From Verrucomicrobiota bacterium (GTDB lineage: Bacteria; Verrucomicrobiota; Verrucomicrobiia; Limisphaerales; CANJXF01), in NCBI GenBank assembly GCA_038214755.1, contig JBBQRQ010000062.1, forward strand, positions 1 to 29,124: a DNA stretch of 29,124 nucleotides. The letters run 5' to 3'. Each line of letters starts with the position of its first letter. Position 1 is the first letter of the stretch. The translations under genes and the position numbers were made by a program. This document shows positions 1-8,260 of this stretch, one piece after another. The notes under the pieces were generated by a model, which did not search any database, was not told the DNA's origin, and saw only the letters and a program-made list of their open reading frames with translations.

Positions 1-132
1 AACTATTTTTTATATATTTTCACCATCACTTTTCGTTCCCGGGTCTCTCCTCCCTCCTAAAATTATCACAATAAACCCCCCGCCCCCCCCCCCCCCCCCC
101 CGCTACAACACGCCGCTACAAATTTTCCAAAC

Positions 133-672
133 GTGAATAGCGAAGAATTCGGCTCGAACCGTTGCACAACTTCGGAGATCAACTCAATGAATGACTCGGA
201 GTTCATCCGAGTGATTGGACCTGTTTTTGAACACTCACCTTGGATCGCAGAGAAAGCCGCGAGTCTGCGCCCATTTACGAATTTGGAAACTTTGCACCAA
301 GCTCTTTGCAAAATTATTCTGGCGTCCGATGAACAAATACAAGTGGCGCTGATTCAGGCCCATCCCGATTTGGTTGGCCGCGCCGCGCGACAAGGCGCGT
401 TGACTGTGGAATCAGCGCGCGAACAAAACGGCGCGGGACTGGGACAACTCAGCCGGGAAGAAATTGCGGAATTCCAAAAATTGAATGCGGCTTATCGCGC
501 GAAATTTGGTTTTCCGTTCGTAGTTTGCGCGCGGTTAAACAAAAAGGAATCAATCCTTCGTGGGTTTGAGGCGCGTTTGAAAAATTCACGCCCATCAGAA
601 ATCAAAACTGCGCTCGAAGAAATTTTTAAAATCGCAAAGTTGCGTCTGAGAGATGTTGCGGCACGCCCGTGA
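133..672 (+). CDS. uraD: OHCU (2-oxo-4-hydroxy-4-carboxy-5-ureidoimidazoline) decarboxylase
   Basis: Family motifs FEHSPWIA, AHPDL, S..EQ..AGL, LNAAYRAKFGFPFVVC and KIAKLRL. Start is uncertain (GTG 133 or later). Confidence 0.9.
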   Translation: MNSEEFGSNRCTTSEINSMNDSEFIRVIGPVFEHSPWIAEKAASLRPFTNLETLHQALCKIILASDEQIQVALIQAHPDLVGRAARQGALTVESAREQNGAGLGQLSREEIAEFQKLNAAYRAKFGFPFVVCARLNKKESILRGFEARLKNSRPSEIKTALEEIFKIAKLRLRDVAARP

Positions 673-702
673 CCGCCGCCATTTGCATTGCGAAACTTGA
701 AG

Positions 703-913
703 CCGGGTAACATCTGCCTCCGGCGGGTGCGAAGACATTTTCGTTGGATGGTTGGATGGTTGGATGGTTGGATTTTCGATGTTCAGTATGAATGTTGGTT
801 TTAATTTTCAACCAACCTCGAACATCCAATATCCCAACATCCCCACATCCAATTATCCAATTATCCAACCATCCAATCTCGGATCGCACCCGCCGGAGGC
901 AGATGCTACCCGG
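703..913. repeat. REP-like inverted doublet enclosing 8-mer tandem repeats
   Basis: CCGGGTAACATCTGCCTCCGGCGGGTGCGA (703-732) is the reverse complement of 884-913 with 1 mismatch. Inside are GTTGGATG x3-4 (743-774) and opposing ATCCAA(T/C)-type units (~820-877). Confidence 0.85.
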
Positions 914-1307
914 AAATGTTTCCAAAAATTAATTAACCAGACTTTTCGGGGCGACAAATTGGAAGTGCGGGATGCGGAATCTCACTTCGCGTTCTCTCTC
1001 ATAAATTCCAACGTAGCCGCGTCGTTTCATTTCTTCGGTGGAACCCGCCGCGCAATCACCCGGCTCGCCGATTAAAAACTTTTGCCGTAAACTTTTTTTG
1101 TCGGGACCAAGAAGATCAAGACTGGTCGCCAGGCGATTTCCCACAAAAGTGGCGTCGTTGCAGGGGGAGTCAGGACTGTTATTCATAGATTACTTTTGGT
1201 TGTGTTACTGCGTTGAGTCTAGCCAAATATAAAAAAACGGACAACTGGGCGCGTCCCTGAAAGTTGCGTCAGGGCTTGAACTTATTCCCGCCATCGCGCG
1301 CAACTTT

Positions 1308-1679
1308 TTAAACTTTCTCTAAAACTTCGCGAACCGCATTGAGCAATTGCTCGGACGTAAACGGTTTGGAAAGCGTGCGGTCCACACCCATCAACTCCGC
1401 CAGTGTGCGATTGTCATCTGTCTTTTTTTGAAACCCCCCAGAAATTCCGATGATTTTTATATTCGGAAACTCACGCTTCATTTCGACAATCGTTTCCAGT
1501 CCGCCTTTTTCCGGCATCAAAATATCGATGACGATCACGTCACTGGGTTTTTCTTTGTAAAGCTTTAGTCCCATTTCGCCGCCGGTCGCCTCGCGCACTT
1601 CGTGACCAGCCTGAGTCAGCATTAAATTCAACATCTCGCGAAGTTGCGCGTTGTCATCAATTATCAAAATTCCAGCCAT
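1308..1679 (-). CDS. Single-domain response regulator receiver (CheY-like)
   Basis: ILIIDDN, phospho-acceptor in DVIVIDILMP and KPF motif; 123 aa with no output domain. Confidence 0.9.
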   Translation of the reverse strand: MAGILIIDDNAQLREMLNLMLTQAGHEVREATGGEMGLKLYKEKPSDVIVIDILMPEKGGLETIVEMKREFPNIKIIGISGGFQKKTDDNRTLAELMGVDRTLSKPFTSEQLLNAVREVLEKV

Positions 1680-1816
1680 GTTTAAGTTGTAGTCTAAGAG
1701 TCCCCTTAGGGTAAGACTTTTTTTTCAGCGGCCACAAAATGCGTTTTTACAAGTCCGCGCGCAACTCTGCGCCGCGATGAATGAGTTCAACGACGCCGGG
1801 TAACACCTGCCTCCAG

Positions 1817-2106
1817 CCTTGTCATTACCCACATCTCCACTGGGATTTTTTCAATCCTGAAAGGATTGGTATCACTTAGCCCAGCGTTGCGAGGCACGAG
1901 CTACCCTGGGTGACGTGAAGAAATTCTCCAACCCCAACGGGATTGTATCTCATTCGAACTAACGATGTGTTCGGGCTGCAACCCCGTCGGGGTTGATTTC
2001 TCTCTGTCCGCTTGACCCAGGGTAGCTCGTGCCTCACAACCCTGGGCTAAACGATGCAATCCCGTTGGATTGAGTAACCGCCGACGAATTGTGGGTAATG
2101 ACAAGG
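1817..2106. mobile_element. MITE-like non-autonomous element (290 bp)
   Basis: Perfect 17-bp terminal inverted repeats CCTTGTCATTACCCACA (1817-1833) and TGTGGGTAATGACAAGG (2090-2106). Flanked by CTCCAG (1811-1816) and CTCCGG (2107-2112), a near-perfect 6-bp target duplication. No transposase ORF. Confidence 0.7.
1851..2073. repeat. Large palindromic repeat element inside the MITE
   Basis: 36-bp arms 1876-1911 and 2015-2050 (2 mismatches). Small hairpins at both ends (CAATCCTGAAAGGATTG; CAATCCCGTTGGATTG) and internally (CAACCCCAACGGGATTG; CAACCCCGTCGGGGTTG). Confidence 0.8.
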
Positions 2107-2157
2107 CTCCGGCGGGTCCGAAGATGTTCACTTCGTTTTTCCGCACCCGCCGGAGGC

Positions 2158-2390
2158 GCGAGACGCCTGTCCTACTTTCTGCCGACAGAATGTCGGCAGC
2201 ACCTTTCGGCATCGAGACCATTTGGAAAAATCAAATCACTGATGAGAAAGGTTTTGAGCGAATCTACGGCGCCACGTTGCGCTCCGTCGGAGTCGGGGCG
2301 CGTTTGAATGCGGAAGGCGCGGCGGAGTTTTGGACGGGTTCAGAGTGGAAATCCGCGCCCCGTCCATTGATCGTGAGTTGGATTCGATGA
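2158..2390 (+). pseudogene. 3' fragment of a paralog of the 18548-20479 gene
   Basis: Encodes ETPVLLSADRMSAA..GIETIWKNQITDEKGFERIYGATLRSVGVGARL..SWIR, matching the C-terminus of 18548-20479. About 85% nt identity to the reverse complement of 18548-18786 by manual alignment. No 5' part. Confidence 0.85.
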
Positions 2391-2481
2391 AAGTCTTTGT
2401 GAAAATATTTTCATCTGCTGTCGTTTTCATTTATCTTCCTCGGCTCTGACAGAAGATTTTTATTCTATCCGAAATCAAAAC

Positions 2482-3468
2482 ATGCTTTATTTTTTAAAAA
2501 GGTCTGCTACTTTCCGCCGCATGTATCGAACAACGCTTTATCGAATCACGCTCGGCTCGTGTTTCATTTTCACGGCGGTCGCGCCGATTTTTTCTCAGAC
2601 GAACATCATCCAAGCCGTGCCTGTTTTGCCTGCCGGGCCGCCGCCCGCCGCGCCAACGGCGTCAGTGGTCGCGCTCGCTCCGGCTGTGGCCGCAGCGGCC
2701 GCATTGGTGTGGGACGCTGACGCAAAGGAGTACACCGCCAAGCCGGGCGATCTCAACGCGCCATTCATTTTCAATTTCACCAATACTTCTTCGACTCTCG
2801 TCGTCATCAGCAATGCGGTCACTTCTTGCGGTTGCACGGTGGCCAGTTTGCCGGTGCAACCGTGGCCCATCCCGCCGGGTTCCAACGGGCAAATAAATGT
2901 TTCCATGAATCTTGCGGGCAAACAGGGGCGCGTGACAAAACAGGTTACGATCAATTCATCGGAAGGCAGCAAAGCCTTGACGGTGAATGTGAACATGCCC
3001 ACAACTGCGCCTGTCTCCGCCGAAAATATGAGAGGCGACCGCAATTTAAATATGGCCCTGGCCAAAGCCGACCGGCAGGCGGTTTTCAAAGGCGATTGCC
3101 GCTCGTGCCACGTCGATAAAGGCGTCGGCAAAATGGGCGCGGAACTTTTTGCGGCGGACTGTGGGATTTGCCATGACTCACCGCATCGGGCGGCGATGGT
3201 GCCGGATTTGCGCGCGCCCAAAGCTCCACGTGACCAGGATTATTGGATGAGCTGGATTACTTATGGTCGCCCCGGCTCGATGATGCCGGCCTTCGGCGAA
3301 AAAGACGGCGGGCCACTGACAAAACAGCAAGTTGATTCTCTGGTGGTTTATTTATTTCAGAATTTTCCTCAGGGAATTGTGACTCCCGCGCCTGCAGCGC
3401 CACCGGCGAATGTTCCACTGCCAACTTTGCTGCCAATTCCCGGGCCGAAGACTGGCGCAAGCCAGTAG
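2482..3468 (+). CDS. Exported DUF1573 (Ig-like) domain fused to a di-heme c-type cytochrome
   Basis: Signal-peptide-like N-terminus, Pro/Ala linker and TSCGCT motif typical of DUF1573. Two CxxCH motifs (CRSCH, CGICH) and GRPGSMMPAF. Start may be ATG 2521. Confidence 0.8.
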   Translation: MLYFLKRSATFRRMYRTTLYRITLGSCFIFTAVAPIFSQTNIIQAVPVLPAGPPPAAPTASVVALAPAVAAAAALVWDADAKEYTAKPGDLNAPFIFNFTNTSSTLVVISNAVTSCGCTVASLPVQPWPIPPGSNGQINVSMNLAGKQGRVTKQVTINSSEGSKALTVNVNMPTTAPVSAENMRGDRNLNMALAKADRQAVFKGDCRSCHVDKGVGKMGAELFAADCGICHDSPHRAAMVPDLRAPKAPRDQDYWMSWITYGRPGSMMPAFGEKDGGPLTKQQVDSLVVYLFQNFPQGIVTPAPAAPPANVPLPTLLPIPGPKTGASQ

Positions 3469-3577
3469 CACTGAGCCGGAACAATGCAGTAGAAGAAGAT
3501 TCCAACCACGGATGAATACGGACACCGGTGCAAAGCAAGTTTGAGCGACAAATTTAGGGCGCGAAAAAGTTAGTCTT

Positions 3578-3709
3578 AGAGCGCGTTTTAGAATTGTAGG
3601 AGCCGAGGTAACGAGGCTCATTTCTCGCTCCGGGGGTGCCGATTTCCCAAGAAATTTGAGCCTCGTTACTTCGGCTCCTACTTTGAAAACCAATTTTAAA
3701 ACACGCTCT
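3578..3709. repeat. Nested inverted repeats: GTAG-type REP doublet inside a MITE-like outer pair
   Basis: Inner arms GTAGGAGCCGAGGTAACGAGGCTCA at 3596-3620 and 3657-3681 (1 mismatch). Outer arms AGAGCGCGTTTTAGAATTG at 3578-3596 and 3691-3709 (2 mismatches). Confidence 0.8.
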
Positions 3710-3775
3710 TAAGAAACGACAGAGTAGTTTCAGCACTGTCGGAGCACCGGGCTACTTCTGTCCCGGCGCGAGCAA

Positions 3776-3985
3776 TTACACCGCTGAGAGGGAATGCTGA
3801 GCGAGATCAGACCAGAGATAGTCCCGGATTTCCAGATTCATCCGGTCAATCTCGGTTAGGAATCCGGCGGCGGATGTCCGGTAGTTTTCGCTGTTGGTTT
3901 CCGCCTTGCGAATTTGCGCGACCTGCCGCTCGAACTGGCGGATGCGCTCCTGGGTGATTTCAAGTTCGCGGTTGTTCTTAATCAT
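3776..3985 (-). CDS. Small helical protein, putative antitoxin/partner of the upstream nucleotidyltransferase-like gene
   Basis: 69 aa (MIKNNRELEITQERI...EIDRMNLEIRDYL); overlaps the end of the upstream ORF, suggesting translational coupling. Confidence 0.6.
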   Translation of the reverse strand: MIKNNRELEITQERIRQFERQVAQIRKAETNSENYRTSAAGFLTEIDRMNLEIRDYLWSDLAQHSLSAV

Positions 3986-4421
3986 GATTCATTACCTCCA
4001 CGATGCCGCGTTTCCCGCCGTCCCGCTTGATTTGCCAGTGGGCAATCGTTGCCTCCTTGCCACCGAGCGCCGCCGCGCGACGAATCCAAAACACGCTCGC
4101 GCCGAGGAGATTCTGCGCCGCCGCGTGTTCAAACACCAAACGCGCTTCTGTTGAAACTTTGCTCACGTCAAAGGAATCCTCCCTCAGCAGAAAAATGTCA
4201 ACGTCGTTGGGTTATGCTTTGGCCGTGATGAACGAACCAAAGACGATGAATCGGGCAAGATGAGTGGTGGAGTAAGCTAGCGCGTGAATTCGTTCTAACC
4301 GCCGCGCGATCACTGCCCGGTGGGGTGTTGCTGCGAAATGAGCGAGAACGACTTCAAGCGTCGCCGGGTGGATGCCTTCGGGCAAATCGCCACGCTCGTT
4401 GAACTCGGACAAGGTTTTCAC
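3978..4421 (-). pseudogene. Pol-beta-type minimal nucleotidyltransferase (DUF6932-like) with in-frame stop
   Basis: ORFs 4212-4421 and 3978-4166 share a frame. Reading through TAA (4214-4212) gives FIVFGSFITAKA*PNDVDIFL, the GS..DxD nucleotidyltransferase motif. N-terminal G.LPEGIH. Confidence 0.75.
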
Positions 4422-4431
4422 GAAATTTTCT

Positions 4432-5712
4432 TCAACGCGCCTTGATCCACTTCATCGCCTTCTCCGCCAGTTTATCGAACGCAATTACGCTCAGCTCCAG
4501 ATGCTCCTCCCTCGTGTCCTCAATTTTGTTGTGGCTGATGCCGTGGAGGCTTTGCACAAACATCATTACGGTGGGAACTCCCGCGCGCGCAACCTCGGCG
4601 GCGTCGTGCAAGGGGCCAGAAGGAAGGCGATGAGTTTGGCCGCACGTTTCGCGAATCGATTGATCGCAAAGAGAAATTAAATCCGGGTTGAACAACACGG
4701 GTTGGATTTGCCAAATCCGTTCCCACGAGACTTTCACATTTCCTTCCTCCGCAAATTTTTCGCTCGCGTTCCTTGCTTCCTGCAACATTTTCTCAAGTTC
4801 TCTGGCATCAAGATGTCGCTGATCGAGTGTGATGCGGCATTCCTCGACGACGCTGGTGACGATGCCGGGTTTGGTTGTGCATGAGCCGATGGTGCAAACG
4901 CCGGCACGCTGTCCAGTGGCAGGCAGGATGCCTGCCCCACTAATGCTGCGTTCCGCGATGCGATAAATTTCCGGACTCATTTTCGCGGCGGCGAGAAAAG
5001 CGTCTTTGCGGCGATTCATGGGCGTGCTGCCGGAATGCGCCGCCTGTCCGTGGAACGTGATGGCGTGTCGCGCAACGCCGAACGTGCCGAGCACCGCGCC
5101 GAGCGGCAAATCAAGGTCGAGCAAGACCGGGCCTTGTTCGATGTGCAATTCCAAATACGCGGCGGCGTTTTTCAATTCTTTGCCGCTGTCCTTCACACGC
5201 TCGAAATCAATTCCAATTTCTTTCAACGCATCCGGCAAAAGGATTCCATCTTTGTCTTTTAAGTTTCGCGCCTCCTCCAGATTTAAGTTTCCCGAACACG
5301 CGGAGGAGCCGAACAAACTTTTTCCGAACCGCGCGCCTTCTTCGTCGGCCCAATCCACCAGACGAGTCGTCACCGGAGGTTTGCCGGAAAATTGATTATT
5401 TATTCTCCGGAGAATTTCCACGCCAGCCATCACGTTCAAACAACCATCGAGCCAGCCTCCGTTCGGGACCGAATCCATGTGACCGCCCATGAGCAAAGAT
5501 TTTTCCGATTCACCGCGTAAAGTTGTCCAAAGATTCCCAGCGGCGTCGGTGTGAATTTCCACTGGAAGTTCTTCAAGTTTTTTCCGCAACCACGCTCGGG
5601 TCTTGCTCCACATCGGCGTGAACGCAACGCGTTGCGCGCCATTTTCATCAGCGCTGAAACTGCGCAGTTCCTTGAGTTCAGCGACAGTGCGTTTGGGATT
5701 TAACGCGCTCAT
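4432..5712 (-). CDS. M20-family Zn amidohydrolase (allantoate amidohydrolase / N-carbamoylase type)
   Basis: GGHMDSVPNGGWLDG, DEEGARFG, YLELHIEQGP, HSGSTPM, SGPLHDA and GISH..E motifs. Likely start ATG 5712 (ORF track extends to 5757). Confidence 0.9.
   Translation of the reverse strand: MSALNPKRTVAELKELRSFSADENGAQRVAFTPMWSKTRAWLRKKLEELPVEIHTDAAGNLWTTLRGESEKSLLMGGHMDSVPNGGWLDGCLNVMAGVEILRRINNQFSGKPPVTTRLVDWADEEGARFGKSLFGSSACSGNLNLEEARNLKDKDGILLPDALKEIGIDFERVKDSGKELKNAAAYLELHIEQGPVLLDLDLPLGAVLGTFGVARHAITFHGQAAHSGSTPMNRRKDAFLAAAKMSPEIYRIAERSISGAGILPATGQRAGVCTIGSCTTKPGIVTSVVEECRITLDQRHLDARELEKMLQEARNASEKFAEEGNVKVSWERIWQIQPVLFNPDLISLCDQSIRETCGQTHRLPSGPLHDAAEVARAGVPTVMMFVQSLHGISHNKIEDTREEHLELSVIAFDKLAEKAMKWIKAR
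4915..4941. repeat. REP-like palindrome inside the amidohydrolase CDS
   Basis: AGTGGCAGGCAGGATGCCTGCCCCACT forms a hairpin and is translated in frame as SGAGILPAT. Confidence 0.65.
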
Positions 5713-5864
5713 ATCGACGAATCGTGGAGGAGGAAAAATGTTTTTTAAAGAAAACAAAAAGAAGTCGCAACTGGCGATAAGATTTCTCTCGTTGGGAAAA
5801 CTACCGTGATCACACGCGGTATTTTGCTTGCCATAGCGAACTGTTCTGTCACAGCTTATTTGAT

Positions 5865-7928
5865 ATGATTTTACGTGTTATGCCACGGTTGCTGCCAGGT
5901 TTGCGCGCCGCAAAGATTGGTGCGTGGTTTTGCCTTTTTTGTCTGATCTGTGCCCGGGCTGGGGCGCAAGCGCCGTCATTGACGATTGATCGCAGCGCAG
6001 GGCCGGCGCGTATCGGCATCAACGGCAACATCGGTGCCGCCTACACGCTTGAGAATTCCACCAACCTCGCTTCCGGCGCGTGGGATTTTTTGCTGACAGC
6101 CCCCCTGACCAACTCCCTCCAGACGTGGTTCGATTCCGCCTCCATGCTTGCGCCTCGCCGCTTTTATCGCGCCCGACGGCTGGATTCATTGCCAGTTGAA
6201 TACGCCGATGACTTCAGTCTGATCGATCATCTGGGCCGCTCACAATCGCTTTATTATCACTCCCTCAATCCGAACGTCCGCGCGATTGTGCTCATCTTTA
6301 CGGGCAACGGTTGCGCCACGATCCGCGACATGATTCCGGCCATCAAATCCCTCACGAACCAATTCGCCCCGCAACGCGTCCTGTTCTGGCTGGTGGATTC
6401 GTATCCGCAGGACAACCGCTCGAACATTCTGGCCGAGGCCGTTTCGCTGGGCATCAGCAATGGGCCGCCCATTTTGCATGACGCTGCGCAATTGGTTGGC
6501 CGCGCCTACAATGCCTCTACCGCGTCGGAGGTCGTCGCGGTGAGCACAGCGGATTTTTCTATTTTCTATCGCGGCACTATCGATGATCGGATCGGGAGCA
6601 ACACGGTCGCGACGACGCAAAGTTATCTTTCCAACGCGCTGGCGAAATTCCTGGCGGGCGGCGTGGTTTCCCCAACCGCCACGCGCCCCGCCGGCTGCAC
6701 CATTCCATTCTCGCCGCGCTTCACGAATCTTTTGTATTCCACTGACATCGTGCCGCTGCTTGAAGCCAAATGCGCGCGCTGCCACAACCCGGGGAACATC
6801 GCGTCCTGGGCCATGACCAATTACGACATCGTCCGCCAATTTGCGCCGTCCATCCGCGAGGAGGTCATGGCGGGGCGAATGCCGCCGTGGAAGGCTGATC
6901 CCTATTACGGTGTGTTCACGAACGATTACTCCTTGACGCCGGATGAAGCCAGGAAACTGGTTCAATGGATTGATGCCGGTGCGGTCAAAGGCCCCGGTGA
7001 ACCCGATCCGCTCGCGACCTTCTCGCCGCCGACGAATTATCCCTACGCCTGGCCGACGGAACTCGGTCCGCCCGACGCCATTCTCCGAATACCCCCGCAA
7101 AGTATTCCCGCATCCGGCGTGGTGGGTTACCGCTACCTCAATGTCACAAACACCTCCTTTTCCAGCAACGTCTGGCTGCGCGCGGCGGTGGTGCGTCCGA
7201 CCAATACGCGAGTGGTCCATCATGGTTTGGTCTTCGACGGGAGCAGTTCAGGCACGGGTTTGGACGGTTTTTTTGCCGGCTACGTTCCGGGGGCCGACGC
7301 TACCGCGTTCCCGACAGGCACGGGAAAATATCTGACGAACAACCAGATTCTCCAATTTCAGATGCATTACATCACCGTCGGTACCCCTCAAACCGACCAG
7401 ACGGAGATCGGCCTCTACGTCATGCCGGTTCCGCCGACGCGTCCGCTCCTGACACGGTCGGCATTCAATGTCACTTTCTCCATTCCCGGAAATGCGGGGG
7501 ATTTCCAAGCCATCGCGAAGTTCCCGTCGCCGCCTATTTTCAATCCGGGATCCAACCCGACGTTGACGACCAACATTCTGGTTTACGAAATGAGTCCGCA
7601 CATGCACCTGCGCGGCGGGCGCTTCAAATATGAAATCATTTATCCAGCGGGCCACGTGCCAGCCACCGAGGTGATCCTCTCGGTGCCGAGTTACGTCTTC
7701 CATTGGCAGTCCATGTTCCGTCTGGCCCAGCCAAAGTACATTCCGACCGGCTCGCGCATCCTCTGCACTGCGGCTTGGGACAACTCCGCTCAGAACGCCG
7801 ACTTAATGCAGGCGTATGCGGACACTGGCTTTGACCCGAACTATTCTCCCAGCCGCACCCTGGGATTCGGGGAACAGACTTACGACGAAATGTTCATCGG
7901 TTACATCAATTACGCCGAAGTGCCGTAG
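5865..7928 (+). CDS. Exported fusion: redoxin-like domain, mono-heme cytochrome c, copper type II (PHM/DBH-like) monooxygenase domains
   Basis: Signal peptide; thioredoxin-fold segment (IFTGNGC...YRGTIDD); CARCH then MPPW; Cu-ligand-like motifs VVHH, QMHY, PHMHLRG and EQTYDEM. Confidence 0.75.
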   Translation: MILRVMPRLLPGLRAAKIGAWFCLFCLICARAGAQAPSLTIDRSAGPARIGINGNIGAAYTLENSTNLASGAWDFLLTAPLTNSLQTWFDSASMLAPRRFYRARRLDSLPVEYADDFSLIDHLGRSQSLYYHSLNPNVRAIVLIFTGNGCATIRDMIPAIKSLTNQFAPQRVLFWLVDSYPQDNRSNILAEAVSLGISNGPPILHDAAQLVGRAYNASTASEVVAVSTADFSIFYRGTIDDRIGSNTVATTQSYLSNALAKFLAGGVVSPTATRPAGCTIPFSPRFTNLLYSTDIVPLLEAKCARCHNPGNIASWAMTNYDIVRQFAPSIREEVMAGRMPPWKADPYYGVFTNDYSLTPDEARKLVQWIDAGAVKGPGEPDPLATFSPPTNYPYAWPTELGPPDAILRIPPQSIPASGVVGYRYLNVTNTSFSSNVWLRAAVVRPTNTRVVHHGLVFDGSSSGTGLDGFFAGYVPGADATAFPTGTGKYLTNNQILQFQMHYITVGTPQTDQTEIGLYVMPVPPTRPLLTRSAFNVTFSIPGNAGDFQAIAKFPSPPIFNPGSNPTLTTNILVYEMSPHMHLRGGRFKYEIIYPAGHVPATEVILSVPSYVFHWQSMFRLAQPKYIPTGSRILCTAAWDNSAQNADLMQAYADTGFDPNYSPSRTLGFGEQTYDEMFIGYINYAEVP

Positions 7929-8260
7929 CAAGGGGCATCGTCCTGATCTCGATTTTGCGTTTAGTTAATTCTAATCGCGGCAAGAGACGGATGAAGATTC
8001 CGTTACTCTTCTCAATCCAGCGATTGACGGCGGCGCGTTTAATTTTCTCGTCTGCAACTCAAACTGGCTACACCTAAAACGAGCAATACATTCCTCCGCT
8101 GAATTCAACCAATTAGTTACCTTTCCGAACTTGATCCGCCACGGATCAGTTGTGCAAGTTATGAATTCCAGCCTGACGAACTCTGGCGTTCCGTCCTCGC
8201 ATCTTGAATCTGTAAAAGCACGACAGAGTTTTTCTCAAAGATGTGTCGTTGCGAGTTTTT

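Larger units (their letters stand above)
1796..2157. repeat. Interrupted second copy of the 703-913 REP doublet
   Basis: CCGGGTAACACCTGCCTCC (1796-1814) resumes as CCGGCGGGTCCGAAGA after 2106. The opposing arm CCGCACCCGCCGGAGGC (2141-2157) is truncated. Confidence 0.75.

Noticed and set aside
1..120. G-poor low-complexity start with a C6-G-C19 tract and ORF 66-311
   Set aside because: Looks like low-quality sequence; the poly-Gly ORF is antisense to uraD and has no family features.
743..877. Possible CRISPR array (also considered 18742-19114 and 29010-29124)
   Set aside because: Repeats are 7-8-mers in tandem or inverted REP pairs, with no constant repeat plus unique spacers and no cas genes.
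626..1232. ORFs 626-925, 752-1075, 929-1186 and 1038-1232
   Set aside because: The first two are translations of repeat DNA. 929-1186 could be a real small gene but has no recognisable motif, so it is unsupported.
2158..2390. Template-repeat/variable-repeat pair of a diversity-generating retroelement with 18548-18786
   Set aside because: Mismatches are not adenine-specific and are often synonymous, and no reverse transcriptase is present in the window.
1901..2430. ORFs 1901-2221, 2089-2307, 2236-2430 and the 5' part of 2070-2390
   Set aside because: They read through palindromic or MITE DNA; only 2158-2390 has real coding ancestry.
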